Source: Gemmatimonadales bacterium (lineage in GTDB: Bacteria; Gemmatimonadota; Gemmatimonadetes; Gemmatimonadales; GWC2-71-9). From it: 64,000 nt of DNA. Positions 1-9,225 of this stretch are shown here, piece by piece. The translations under genes were made by a program, and so were the position numbers. Each line of letters starts with the position of its first letter. Position 1 is the first letter of the stretch. Location of the stretch: contig DASYRI010000111.1 in NCBI GenBank assembly GCA_036004545.1, positions 16,033 to 80,032 on the forward strand. Reading direction: 5' to 3'. The notes beneath the pieces are model-generated. The model was not told where the DNA came from and did no database searches. It saw nothing but the letters and a program-made list of their open reading frames with translations.

Positions 1-114
1 CATCGAGGCGTAGGGCGGGAGGGCCTGGGCGGTGAGCCGGGCTCCCGGCGCCGGCGCCGCGACGGCTCCGCCGGCGAGCGACAGGATGAATCGTGCGCGG
101 GCACCTCGCGGCAT
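1..114 (-). CDS. 5' end of a gene running off the left edge; the N-terminus looks like a signal peptide (MPRGARARFILSLAGGAVAAPAPGA...)
   Basis: ATG at 114-112 on the minus strand, open for 38 codons to position 1, with GC-rich third positions. No homology call is possible. Confidence 0.3.
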   Translation of the reverse strand, partial: MPRGARARFILSLAGGAVAAPAPGARLTAQALPPYASM

Positions 115-152
115 CGGGGGGCTCCGATCTGGCGGGTTGGAGGAGGCGGACG

Positions 153-1366
153 CTAGCCCTTGACCGGGGTGATCCGCAGCATCACCACCCCGTGCGGCGG
201 CACCGTCGCGCTGAAGCGGCCGGTGAAGGTGCCCAGGTCGGCGTGCGCCCAGAGATCGCGCACCGCGGCCGCGCCGTGCAGGCCCAGCCGCCGCCAGCTC
301 GCCCCGATGGGCGTGGCCAGCGCCGAGCGGTTGAGGAGCACCACCGCGCTCGAGCCGTCGGCCAGGCGCTTCGCGATGACCTGCAGCTCGGGTCCCGGCT
401 CCTGCACCAGCATCCCCTGCGCGCCGAGCGAGTCCTGGTCCACCGCGATCACCTCGCGATTGGTGAGGATCTCGCGCGTCGCGGGCGACATGCTGCGCAC
501 GTCGTTCCCGGCCATGAGCGGCGCCGCCATCACCGCCCAGAGGCTCAGGTGGGCGCGGTACTCGTCGTCGGTCATGCCGCCGTTCCCGACCTCGAGCATG
601 TCGGGGTCGTTCCAGTGGCCCGGCCCGGCGGCGTGGGCGTACTGGAGGTTCAGGTCGAGCAGGGCGATCATGCTGGCCCAGCGGTCCTCGATGTCGCCGG
701 TGGTGCGCCAGAGGTTGCCGGTGGCCGGTCCCCACTCCCAGGGGCGGTTGGAGCCCCACTCGCAGATGCTGAACACGATCGGCCGGCGGCCCGGGCGAGC
801 GCGTCCCGGAACTTCGCGTACTGGACCGGCGCGTCGAGGCCCTCGGCGTTGCACCAGTCTTCCTTCACGTAGTCCACGCCCCATTCGGCGAAGCTGCGCG
901 CGTCCTGCTCCTCGTGCTGGTAGGTGCCGGGGCGCCCCTGGCAGGTGCGGCGGCCCGCATCGGTGTAGAGGCCGAACTGGAGCCCCCTGGAGTGCACGTA
1001 GTCGGCCAGCGGCTTGATGCCGCCGGGGAAGCGCGCCGAGTCGGCCACCAGCCGGCCCTGCCCGTCGCGGGCCACCTGCCAGCAGTCGTCAATGACGACG
1101 TAGCGGTACCCCGCGTCGCGGAGACCGTTCGTCACCATGGCGTCCGCCACCTCGCGGACCAGCTGCGCGCTCACGTCGCAGCCGAAGTGGTTCCAGCTGT
1201 TCCACCCCATCGGCGGCGTGCGGGCGAGGCCGTTGTCGAGCCCTGGGGCTGGGCCCGACGCGCCGATGGCGACCGACAGGACCAGCGCTCCCGCGACCGG
1301 TACCCTGGCGAGCAGGGAGGCACTCCCCGGGAGCGGGAATGAGGATCGGAGAGTCGGTCCGCGCAT
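153..1366 (-). pseudogene. GH27 alpha-galactosidase split by a frameshift
   Basis: ORF 668..1366 carries the signal peptide plus PPMGWNSWNHFGC...VIDDCW...YVKEDWC. ORF 153..884 continues with RPIVFSICEWG...DPDMLEVGNGGMT in another frame. The frames switch inside gcccgggccgccggcc at about 783-800. Confidence 0.8.
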
Positions 1367-1549
1367 GGGGTGGCCTCCTCCAGGACCGGAGCGACGCGGG
1401 CGGCGGCCTTTGCGATGCGGCGGACGTTACACGCTGCGGCGCCCGATGCAAGGCCGGTTCGCGGCAGCTCTGGGACGACCCGCCGGCAAACGAACGAGGG
1501 CGGCCGCCTGGCCGCCCTCGTTGCGCGAGCTGGGGCGCCGCCCGGCGCG

Positions 1550-2467
1550 CTACTCCTCTTTGTGCTTGTTCACCTGCCCGGTGACCGTCGTCCTGGTCTT
1601 GTTGCGCATGACCTCGAGCTTGAACGATTCACCCGGCTCGTAAGTTCGCAGGATCCGCAACAGGGTCCCCGGGCTGGTCGCCTTGCGGCCGTCAATGCTC
1701 AGGATCACGTCGCCGCCCTTGAGCCCGAGGGTGGACTCCTTGGGCACGCTGATCACCAGCACGCCCTCGGTGGCGCCGAAGTACTGGCCCAGGTCCGGGT
1801 TGATCGGCGCCAGCTCGAGGTCCATCAGCGGACCGCCGAAGGCGAACGCATAGCCCATTCCACCGTCCCGAAGCTTCTCGAACCGGAGCTCGCCCCGCTT
1901 CCCGGGCTCGAGCGGGAAACGCTTCATCATGGCGCCCGGGTCATCGAGGTGCATCTCGCCCAGCCCGGGGTATCCCTCGAACGCCGTCACCGGCTCGTCT
2001 CCGGTGACGAGTTTGGTGGTTTGCCGGGCGCTGCCCCGCCGGTACTCGACGGTGACGGTGTCGTTGGGCTTGAGCTGGGAGGCGACTTCGACCAGCCGCA
2101 CCCCGGGGAGCGACTCGTTCTCGCCGGCCCTCGTGCTGTCGGTGGCGACGAGGGACTTGCCGTTGATCCGGGTGATGATGTCGCCGCTCCGGATTCCCGC
2201 CCTCGCGGCGGGTCCCCCCGGCGTCACCGACTGAATGGTGGCGCCGATCGAGTCGTTCTCGCTCGCGCGCAGGTCCACCGTCACGCCCAGCCGGGCCCGG
2301 CGCTGGGTGATGATGCGGATCCGGTCGCGCACCGCCTGGGGGCCCTCCCCCGGCCAGACGTACACCCGGGGCCCCGCGCGGGGGGCGGGCTTGGGCTCCT
2401 GCGCGATGAGGGCCGCAGGGAGGGCCGCCACGGCGAGCCCGGTCAACACGATCGTTCGAACCGACAT
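1550..2467 (-). CDS. secreted protein with two PDZ domains
   Basis: N-terminal signal peptide, then two PDZ-like segments (GATIQSVTPGGPAARAGIRSGDIITRINGK and GVLVISVPKESTLGLKGGDVILSIDGR). It lies downstream of the sigma/anti-sigma pair. Confidence 0.8.
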   Translation of the reverse strand: MSVRTIVLTGLAVAALPAALIAQEPKPAPRAGPRVYVWPGEGPQAVRDRIRIITQRRARLGVTVDLRASENDSIGATIQSVTPGGPAARAGIRSGDIITRINGKSLVATDSTRAGENESLPGVRLVEVASQLKPNDTVTVEYRRGSARQTTKLVTGDEPVTAFEGYPGLGEMHLDDPGAMMKRFPLEPGKRGELRFEKLRDGGMGYAFAFGGPLMDLELAPINPDLGQYFGATEGVLVISVPKESTLGLKGGDVILSIDGRKATSPGTLLRILRTYEPGESFKLEVMRNKTRTTVTGQVNKHKEE

Positions 2468-2484
2468 AGCAACGCTCCTCAGGG

Positions 2485-3099
2485 TCAGAACCCCACCGAC
2501 CGCGCACGGGTCACGTGCACGTCAACCAGGGCGTTCAGCAGCCCAACCCGCTCCCGCCACAAGCGGAGCGCTTCCTGCTGCCGGACCCGCTGGTCCATGA
2601 GATCCACCAGCTGAAGCTGGTGGTCCACCCGGGCGAGCTTGTCCTCGATGGACTGGGCGACGACCGCCGTCCGTCCATCGGTGACCCGCTGCTCGGGGTT
2701 GTAGTCCTGGATCGCGCCCTCGAGCTGCCGAGAGCGCGCGATGATGCTGTCCAGCTCCCGCTGCTCCGCGAGCGCTGTCCCGGCGGGGGGGGCGGCGACC
2801 TTGGGGACGAGCACCACGGCGAGTGCCACCGACGCGGCCAACCCGAGCCCGGCGAGCGAAAAGAGCCGGAGTCGCCGCCAGCGGCGCTCGCTTCGGGTCC
2901 GGGCGGCGAGCTCCGCGAACCGGTTCCGGCCCGGCTTGAGCGAGGGGAGAGCCCGGAGCCGGGCCACCCGCTGGTCCATACGCTCGAGCTCGGCCCGGCA
3001 GAGCTCGCAAGCCGCCGCGTGATCCCGCCACCCCTGCACACCGGGCTCCAGGCCCGGCTCGCGCAGCGCGAGCAGCTGGTCCATGGTCAGATGGGTCAT
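2485..3099 (-). CDS. anti-sigma factor (zf-HC2-like, single TM)
   Basis: I start it at the internal ATG (MTHLTMDQLL...), which overlaps the sigma stop as ATGA at 3096-3099. It has an H..C..C motif (HAAACELCRAEL) and a TM segment (LFSLAGLGLAASVALAVVLV). The upstream 103 codons of the track ORF are rejected. Confidence 0.75.
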   Translation of the reverse strand: MTHLTMDQLLALREPGLEPGVQGWRDHAAACELCRAELERMDQRVARLRALPSLKPGRNRFAELAARTRSERRWRRLRLFSLAGLGLAASVALAVVLVPKVAAPPAGTALAEQRELDSIIARSRQLEGAIQDYNPEQRVTDGRTAVVAQSIEDKLARVDHQLQLVDLMDQRVRQQEALRLWRERVGLLNALVDVHVTRARSVGF

Positions 3100-3653
3100 A
3101 CCTGCACCTCCTCGCCCAGCCAGCGGCGGAGACGGGTGTGGGCCCGCGCCAGCTGGGACTTCGAAAAACTTACCGTCTTCTCCATCATCCCCGCGATCTC
3201 CTCGTGGGTGTAGCCCTCCACGTCGTGCAGCCACACCACCGCCCGCGAGGTGGAGCTCAACCGTTCCAGCGCCGCCTCCAGATCCATCCGGAGCGCGGTG
3301 TCCTCCCGGCGGAGGGGGACCACCGCGTCCTGCAGCTCGTCGGTCTCCCGGTACTTGTTCCGTCGCAACCGCATCAGCGCCTTGGACGATGCGATGGTCC
3401 GCACCCAAGCCCAGAGGCTTCCCTCGCCGCGAAAGCGCCCGATGCTCCGGAACACTTCCAGGAAGGTCTCCTGCAGCACGTCCTCGGCATCCTCGGCGGT
3501 GCGGCAGATCCGGCGGGCCAGGTTGTAGACCGGCGCCTCGAACGCGCGATAGAGCGCTTCCTGCGCCGCCGGGTCTCCCGCCTTCACTTTCAGGAGCACC
3601 GTCTCGGCGTCAGCCAGTCGGTAGAGATCCATCGCGAGGGTCCTGGTCAGCAC
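3096..3653 (-). CDS. ECF-type RNA polymerase sigma-70 factor
   Basis: Region 2 (DAEDVLQETFLEVFR) and region 4 (EGYTHEEIAGMMEKTVSFSKSQLARA) signatures are present. An alternative start is at 3632 (MDLY). Confidence 0.9.
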   Translation of the reverse strand: MLTRTLAMDLYRLADAETVLLKVKAGDPAAQEALYRAFEAPVYNLARRICRTAEDAEDVLQETFLEVFRSIGRFRGEGSLWAWVRTIASSKALMRLRRNKYRETDELQDAVVPLRREDTALRMDLEAALERLSSTSRAVVWLHDVEGYTHEEIAGMMEKTVSFSKSQLARAHTRLRRWLGEEVQV

Positions 3654-3694
3654 GTCCTAAAGATGCGGGGGGACGGGGGATAGTCGCAGGGGGG

Positions 3695-3893
3695 AGACAC
3701 GAAGACGCAAGGACGCAACGGCCCATGGGAGATCCGCCAGGGGCACCGACACTGGCGCCTCACCCCGCCCGTGCGCCGGCACGCATGTCACCATTAAGAA
3801 ACCTCAATCTCGCGTCCAGGGGGTGGCACGGCCGGCAAAACGAACCCGTTCGCGTCTTCGCGTCGTTTTTGCGTCTTCGCGTCTGTGCGTCTT
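3695..3893. repeat. mosaic short-period repeat block: inverted GACGCAA-type arms (3695-3721 and 3849-3893) flanking a ~127-bp core
   Basis: Left arm AGACACGAAGACGCAAGGACGCAACGG. Right arm TTCGCGTCTTCGCGTCGTTTTTGCGTCTTCGCGTCTGTGCGTCTT. Confidence 0.85.
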
Positions 3894-3903
3894 ATTTCCC
3901 TCC

Positions 3904-5046
3904 ATGCCCGCCTCCATTCCGCCCCCTCCAGCCACCTGGCTCCACCACCTCGCCGACGAGGCCGACGCGGCGTACCTCTATCGCGAGCTCGCGCGGGTGG
4001 AGCCGAACGCCTCGCGCGCCGAGATCTATCGCGACCTGTCCGACGTGGAACACCGGCACGTGGCGGCGTGGCGGCGCCTGCTCGCCGAGCAGGGCCACGA
4101 AGTGGCGTCGCCCGAGCCCAGCCGACGGGCGCGGTTCATGGCCTGGCTGGCGCGGCGGATCGGGCCGCAGGTCCTGCTCCCCTTCCTGCTCGAAGAGGAG
4201 GGCCGCGAGGTCAAGGGGTATCTGCAGCTCTACAGCGAGGCGCCCGGTGGAGCGGCCGCGCCGACCGCGCTCACGCTCGCCCGGGAATCCAAGGGCCACG
4301 CCGACCGGCTCGCGGGGCTGGTGAAGGGCGGCAGCGGCGAGCCGTGGCATAAGACCGGCGCCGGCGGTTTCCTCCGAAACCTGGTCTATGGATTCAACGA
4401 CGGTCTGACGGCGAATTTCGGGCTGGTGGCGGGGATGGTCGGGGCCCAACCGGGGCTGGGTGGTGGGGGGGGAGCCGTGAGCCACACCGTGCTGGTCGCC
4501 GGGCTCGCGGGCATGGTGGCCGACGCGCTCTCGATGGGCTCGTCGGGCTACCTCGCCGCCAAGAGCGAGCGCGAGGTCTTCGAGCACGAGATCGCGATGG
4601 AGCGGGAGGAAATCCGGCTCATGCCCGAGCTCGAGCGCGAGGAGCTCTCGCTCATCTACCAGGCCAAGGGCATCCCGGCCGGGCAGGCGGGTGAGCTGGC
4701 CACGGCGGTCATGGCCGATCCGGAGAAGGCGCTGAACGAGAAGGTGCGCGAGGAGCTCAAGATCGGCCCGGCGACCAGTACGCCGATGCGCGAGGCGTGG
4801 GTCACGGGGGTCGCGACCGCCTTCGGCGCGTTCATTCCGGTGGCTCCGCTGGTGCTCAGCCGGAGTCCCTGGGCGATCTGGACCTCGTTCGGCGTCGCGA
4901 TGGTTTCCCACTTCGGCGTCGGCGCAGCGCGGAGCTTCTTCACCGGCCGGGGCGTCGTCCGGAGCGGGCTCGACATGTTCGTGGTCGGGCTGGGAGTGGC
5001 GGTGCTCGGGTACTTTGTGGGGGAGTGGATCGTTCGGGTGCTGTAG
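3904..5046 (+). CDS. VIT1/CCC1-family iron/manganese transporter with an N-terminal ferritin-like domain
   Basis: EADAAYLYRELA...EHRH (ferritin-like) is followed by VYGFNDGLTANFGLVAGM...SMGSSGYLAAKSERE...FGAFIP (VIT1). I start it at the ATG at 3904 because the track extension runs through the repeat block. Confidence 0.85.
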   Translation: MPASIPPPPATWLHHLADEADAAYLYRELARVEPNASRAEIYRDLSDVEHRHVAAWRRLLAEQGHEVASPEPSRRARFMAWLARRIGPQVLLPFLLEEEGREVKGYLQLYSEAPGGAAAPTALTLARESKGHADRLAGLVKGGSGEPWHKTGAGGFLRNLVYGFNDGLTANFGLVAGMVGAQPGLGGGGGAVSHTVLVAGLAGMVADALSMGSSGYLAAKSEREVFEHEIAMEREEIRLMPELEREELSLIYQAKGIPAGQAGELATAVMADPEKALNEKVREELKIGPATSTPMREAWVTGVATAFGAFIPVAPLVLSRSPWAIWTSFGVAMVSHFGVGAARSFFTGRGVVRSGLDMFVVGLGVAVLGYFVGEWIVRVL

Positions 5047-5070
5047 AGCCGGAACAGACGCTGTCCCCCC

Positions 5071-7218
5071 TCACCCCCCGCGCCGTATCAGCGCGCCGGC
5101 CGCCTCGGCCTCCAGCGGCGCGCCGAGGTGGAATCCCTGGCCCAGCTCGCAGCCGAACGCGATCAGCCGCTCGAGCTGGGTCACCGTCTCGACTCCCTCC
5201 GCGATGACCCCCATTCCCAGCGTCCGGGCCAGGTCCATGATCGAGCCCACGATCTCGAGGTCGGTGCGGCGGAGCCCCATCCGGCGGATAAATGAGTGGT
5301 CAATCTTGAGGGTCTGCACCGGGAGCCGCGGCAGGTAGCTCAAGGACGCGTACCCGGTCCCGAAGTCGTCCATGAGGAGGTCCACCTCCATCTCACGGAG
5401 CTGCTGCAGGGTGCCGGCGGCGCTCTCCAGGTTCTCGAGAAGGGCCGTTTCGGTGATCTCGAGGCGGAGCCGCCGGGGCTCGAGCCGCTCGGCTTGCAAC
5501 ACCGCACGAACTTCCTCCACCAGATGGGCGTCTCCCAGCTGCTTGGCCGAGACGTTCACGCTGACGGGGATGTTGCCGGCGTCCGGGTAAGCCAGCTGCC
5601 AGCGGCGGGCGTAGCGGCACGCTTCGTGGAGCGCCCACAGGCCGATCGGCTGGATCAGGCCGGTCTGCTCGGCGATCGGGATGAACTCGGCCGGCGGGAT
5701 ATCGCCCCGGACGGGGTGATGCCATCGAAGCAGCGCCTCGAACGCCTTCAACCTGCGAGTCTCCAGGTCCACGATCGGCTGGAAGACGAGCGAGAACTCC
5801 TCGCGCTCGAGCGCGCCGTGGAGCTCGCTCACGATCCGGAAGCGGGCGTCGGCCTGGTCGCGCATGGCGATGTCGAAGACCTGGAAGCGGGACGGACCCA
5901 GCGCCTTGGCGCGGTACATGGCGATGTCCGCGTCGCGGAGCAGATCCTCGGCGCGGTGGTGGCCGGGCTCGCTCAGCACCGCGCCGATGCTCGCGGTGGC
6001 GACCAGGTCCCGCCCCGCCACCGGGAACGGCGGCGCGAGGGCTTCATGGATCCGCCGCGCGGCGTGCTCCACGTCGGCGGGCGCCAGCACCTCCTCGAGG
6101 AGCAGGGTGAACTCGTCCCCGCCCAGCCGCGCCACCACGTCTCCCGGCCGCAGGGCGGTCGTGAGGCGGCGGGCGATGTCGGTGAGGAGCTTGTCGCCGG
6201 CCTCGTGGCCCAGGCTGTCGTTCACCAGCTTGAAGTCGTCGAGGTCGAGAAATAGCACCGCGAATCGGTATCCAGGCTCCCGGCGGGCCCGTTCGAGCGC
6301 GCGGGTGACGCATTCGGCGAAGAAGCTCCGGTTGGGCAGATCGGTCAGCGCGTCGTGCAGCGCGGCGCGCTGGAGCCGGGCTTCGTCGAGCTTGCGCTCG
6401 GTGGCATCCCGCGCGATGGAGGAGGCGCCGATGATCCGTCCGCTTTCGTCGCGGATCGGCGAGACGGTCACGGAAACCGGCACCCGGGTGCCGTCCTTGC
6501 GGAGGCGGGTCGTCTCGTAGTGGTTCGCCCTCTCACCGCGGCGGAGCCGGGCCATGATCTCCGGGAGCTCGTCCGGCAGGTCGGGCGGGACGATGATCGC
6601 GATGGAGCGTCCGACCACCTCGTGGGCCCTCCATCCGTAGAGCCGCTCCGCCGCGGGATTCCAGCTGGTGATCACGCCGTCGAGCGTCTTGCCGATGATC
6701 GCATCCGTGGCCGAGCCCACCATCGCCTTGAACTGCGCGGCCATGAGCTCGGCCTCCATGCGGGGCGTGATGTCGCGGGTGATCCGATGGGCATCCACCA
6801 GCCGGCCCGCCACCAACCGCGCGCTGGCGCTGATCAGGCCGTAGCGGATCGAGCCATCCTTGTGGCGGAGCCGGACCTCGACGTCGCGCACCGATTCCCC
6901 GGCGCCGAGTCGGCGCCGGATGCCCGCCGCCTCCCGCGGGTCCACATGGAACTCGGCCACGTTGCGGCCGACGTACTCGTCGCGGGAGTAGCCCAGCATC
7001 TCGACCTCGGCCTGATTGGAGCGCAGGATGGTGCCGTCCGCCGCTTCCCAATGCATGCCCACCATGGCGCGCTCGAAGAAGTCCTCGAGATCCTCGGGGC
7101 GCAGCCCCGATGCCGCCCGGGAGCTCTCCCCGCCGGCCGCGGCCGGGGCTAGGCGCTGAGCCGTCAGGTCGAGGACGAGCTGATCCCGCGTGGGGCGCTT
7201 GGGGGTGGCGGCGGGCAC
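5071..7218 (-). CDS. PAS-PAS-GGDEF-EAL cyclic-di-GMP signalling protein
   Basis: RLGGDEF and FEALLRW motifs, two PAS-like segments, GTG start. Confidence 0.9.
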   Translation of the reverse strand: MPAATPKRPTRDQLVLDLTAQRLAPAAAGGESSRAASGLRPEDLEDFFERAMVGMHWEAADGTILRSNQAEVEMLGYSRDEYVGRNVAEFHVDPREAAGIRRRLGAGESVRDVEVRLRHKDGSIRYGLISASARLVAGRLVDAHRITRDITPRMEAELMAAQFKAMVGSATDAIIGKTLDGVITSWNPAAERLYGWRAHEVVGRSIAIIVPPDLPDELPEIMARLRRGERANHYETTRLRKDGTRVPVSVTVSPIRDESGRIIGASSIARDATERKLDEARLQRAALHDALTDLPNRSFFAECVTRALERARREPGYRFAVLFLDLDDFKLVNDSLGHEAGDKLLTDIARRLTTALRPGDVVARLGGDEFTLLLEEVLAPADVEHAARRIHEALAPPFPVAGRDLVATASIGAVLSEPGHHRAEDLLRDADIAMYRAKALGPSRFQVFDIAMRDQADARFRIVSELHGALEREEFSLVFQPIVDLETRRLKAFEALLRWHHPVRGDIPPAEFIPIAEQTGLIQPIGLWALHEACRYARRWQLAYPDAGNIPVSVNVSAKQLGDAHLVEEVRAVLQAERLEPRRLRLEITETALLENLESAAGTLQQLREMEVDLLMDDFGTGYASLSYLPRLPVQTLKIDHSFIRRMGLRRTDLEIVGSIMDLARTLGMGVIAEGVETVTQLERLIAFGCELGQGFHLGAPLEAEAAGALIRRGG

Positions 7219-7645
7219 CTAGAGACTCTGATCGGGAAGAGGTATCGGCGCGGCGCAGCAGCCGCCGGCGGGGAGCAGGCTCGCGATCCAACGTTGCCCG
7301 GGGCGGTGCGAGGTGAGCCACTGCCCGAGCGCCGCTTCGATCTTTTTCGCGGCTGGTTTGGGGAGCCGCTGGCCGGGAGCGACGGCGACCGGGCGGAGTC
7401 GCGCGCCCTCATCCGCCTCCCAGCTGCCGGTAAGAGGCGATTGACAGACTTCGGCAACCCGGCGAAGAAATTCGCGCCACTTTGGCGGGACCACGAACTC
7501 GGGGCTCAAGCCTGGCCCTCCGTGTCCGAGTGGGCGAAACAGGCCGCATGCCGCGTGCCATCGTCGGGCCCGTCGCAGGGCGCCGCTTGCGCGGAGCCGG
7601 TTGCGGGATGGGGCAGGGATGCCCTGTTTCGGGGCGCCGGGGGGG

Positions 7646-7790
7646 GACGCAATGACACAATGACGCAATGACGCAAAGACGCCAGGACGCAAAGACGCGA
7701 AGGCGGACGGGCGGACAGGTGGACAAACGGAATGACGGGAGGACGGAAAGACGGAGGTGTTCACCGTTGACCCTTGACCGTTGACGCAGT
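7646..7790. repeat. composite repeat block: GACGCAA-type x~7, GGCGGAC/GGACGG-type, CCGTTGAC-type x3
   Basis: Read directly: 7646-7699, 7700-7757 and 7762-7787. Confidence 0.9.
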
Positions 7791-7798
7791 TCGCGCCG

Positions 7799-9145
7799 TT
7801 ACCCACCCCCGCCCCCACCCCCGACCCACACCACCCGCCACACCCGTCCCCGCTGATCGTCCGTGATGAACAGCGCCCCGTCGGGTCCCTGGGCGAGCCC
7901 GGTGGGCCGATGGGCCGCGCCGCCCGGGTCCCGGGATCTGCCCGCGAAGTCGTCCGCGAAGGTTTCGAAGCTCGGGCCCAGGCGCCCGCCGCTCGCGGGG
8001 ACGAACACCACCTTGTACCCCGCCTGGGGCATCGGCGCGCGATTCCAGGAGCCGTGAAACGCGATGAACGCGCCGCCGCGGTAGCGCGCGGGGAACATCG
8101 CGCCGGCGTAGAGGAGGAGATCATCGGGGCCCCAATGACCGGGGAATCCGATCAGCGGCGGCTTCGCCGCGGCGCAGCGGCCCACGGTGGTGCCATCGCC
8201 CCCGTACTCCGGCGCGAGCACCTTCCGGCCCAGCGCGTTGTCGTGATAACAGTAGGGCCAGCCGAAGTCGTCGCCCCGCTCCACCTGAACCAGCTCCTCG
8301 GACGGCTGCTCGGCGCTCCGGGCGGCGGTGTACAGCGCGGGGAAGAGCGAGGCGAGCCCGTCGCGGCCGTGCGAAGCGGCGTAGAGACGGCGGGTCGTCG
8401 AGTCCCAGGCGATGCCGACGGCATTCCTCAGGCCCGTGGCCCAGCGCTCGCCCCGGCCGGGATGTTGCTGGTGAAGCTTCTCCGCGTCATAGCGCCAGAT
8501 CCCGGCCCGCTCCACGAGCTCGGGGCAGGGGTCGGGTCCGGTGCGCGTGCCGGCGTAGGTGCACACGTTGGAATCGGAGCCCACGTGGACGAACATGCCG
8601 CCGCGATCGTCGAAGGCCAGGCTCCTGCTGATGTGACCCCCGTTTGGGATCCCCTCGACGAGCGTTTCGGGGGCCGCCGCCGCGCTCATCCGATCGGGAC
8701 CGAGGCGGATCCGCTCCACCGTCGTGGTGGTGGAGTAGTAGAGCCAGTCGCCCCGGAGCGCGATGCCGGTGCCGCCGCCGGTCGCGATGCGGCGGACCAG
8801 GTCGGCGCGGCCGTCGCCGGAGGTGTCGCGGAGGATGGCGATCCCGCCAGGCTCCCGGCGGCGGCTGGTGCCCGCGCTGGTGCGGCTTCCGGGCTCCAGC
8901 GCCACGTACACGATGCCGTCCGGCCCGACGACGGCATGGCGGGCCACCCCGAGCGTGTCGGCGAAGATCGCCGCGCAGAAGCCGGCCGGGAGGGAGATCC
9001 CGCCGTTGTCGCGGTCGCACTCCGGATGGTCCGGAGAGGGTCCGGAGCGCGCCGCGCCGCAGGCAAGCAGCGCGGCCGACACGCCCAGGCCCACGCGGGC
9101 GCCGGCGGATCGCCCCGGCGGCGCCGGAGCAGCGGGAAGCCTCAT
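7799..9145 (-). CDS. PQQ-dependent sugar (glucose/sorbosone) dehydrogenase-like beta-propeller, secreted
   Basis: Signal/lipobox-like N-terminus, with DFGWPYCYHD and RPTGLAQGPDGALFITDD motifs. The C-terminus ends in GGGGGGG, encoded by repeat-like sequence. Confidence 0.8.
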   Translation of the reverse strand: MRLPAAPAPPGRSAGARVGLGVSAALLACGAARSGPSPDHPECDRDNGGISLPAGFCAAIFADTLGVARHAVVGPDGIVYVALEPGSRTSAGTSRRREPGGIAILRDTSGDGRADLVRRIATGGGTGIALRGDWLYYSTTTTVERIRLGPDRMSAAAAPETLVEGIPNGGHISRSLAFDDRGGMFVHVGSDSNVCTYAGTRTGPDPCPELVERAGIWRYDAEKLHQQHPGRGERWATGLRNAVGIAWDSTTRRLYAASHGRDGLASLFPALYTAARSAEQPSEELVQVERGDDFGWPYCYHDNALGRKVLAPEYGGDGTTVGRCAAAKPPLIGFPGHWGPDDLLLYAGAMFPARYRGGAFIAFHGSWNRAPMPQAGYKVVFVPASGGRLGPSFETFADDFAGRSRDPGGAAHRPTGLAQGPDGALFITDDQRGRVWRVVWVGGGGGGG

Positions 9146-9225
9146 GCCGCGAACCTACTCGGCCTCACCTTGTCCCGACAGCCTGCCGGGGATAGGCTCT
9201 ATCGGAGCCTGGACTCCGATCCGCC

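Noticed and set aside
3824-3839. A sigma-54-like promoter, TGGCAC followed by GCAAA, upstream of the VIT1-family gene.
   Set aside because: The -12 element does not fit TGGCACG-N4-TTGC: GCAA is shifted and lacks the TTGC core. No bEBP gene is nearby.
7219-8124. The 301-aa minus-strand ORF.
   Set aside because: It overlaps the 3' end of the PQQ-dehydrogenase-like gene in another frame, runs through the repeat block, and has poor codon bias. Only its last ~90 codons remain an open question; see the finding on 7219-7645.
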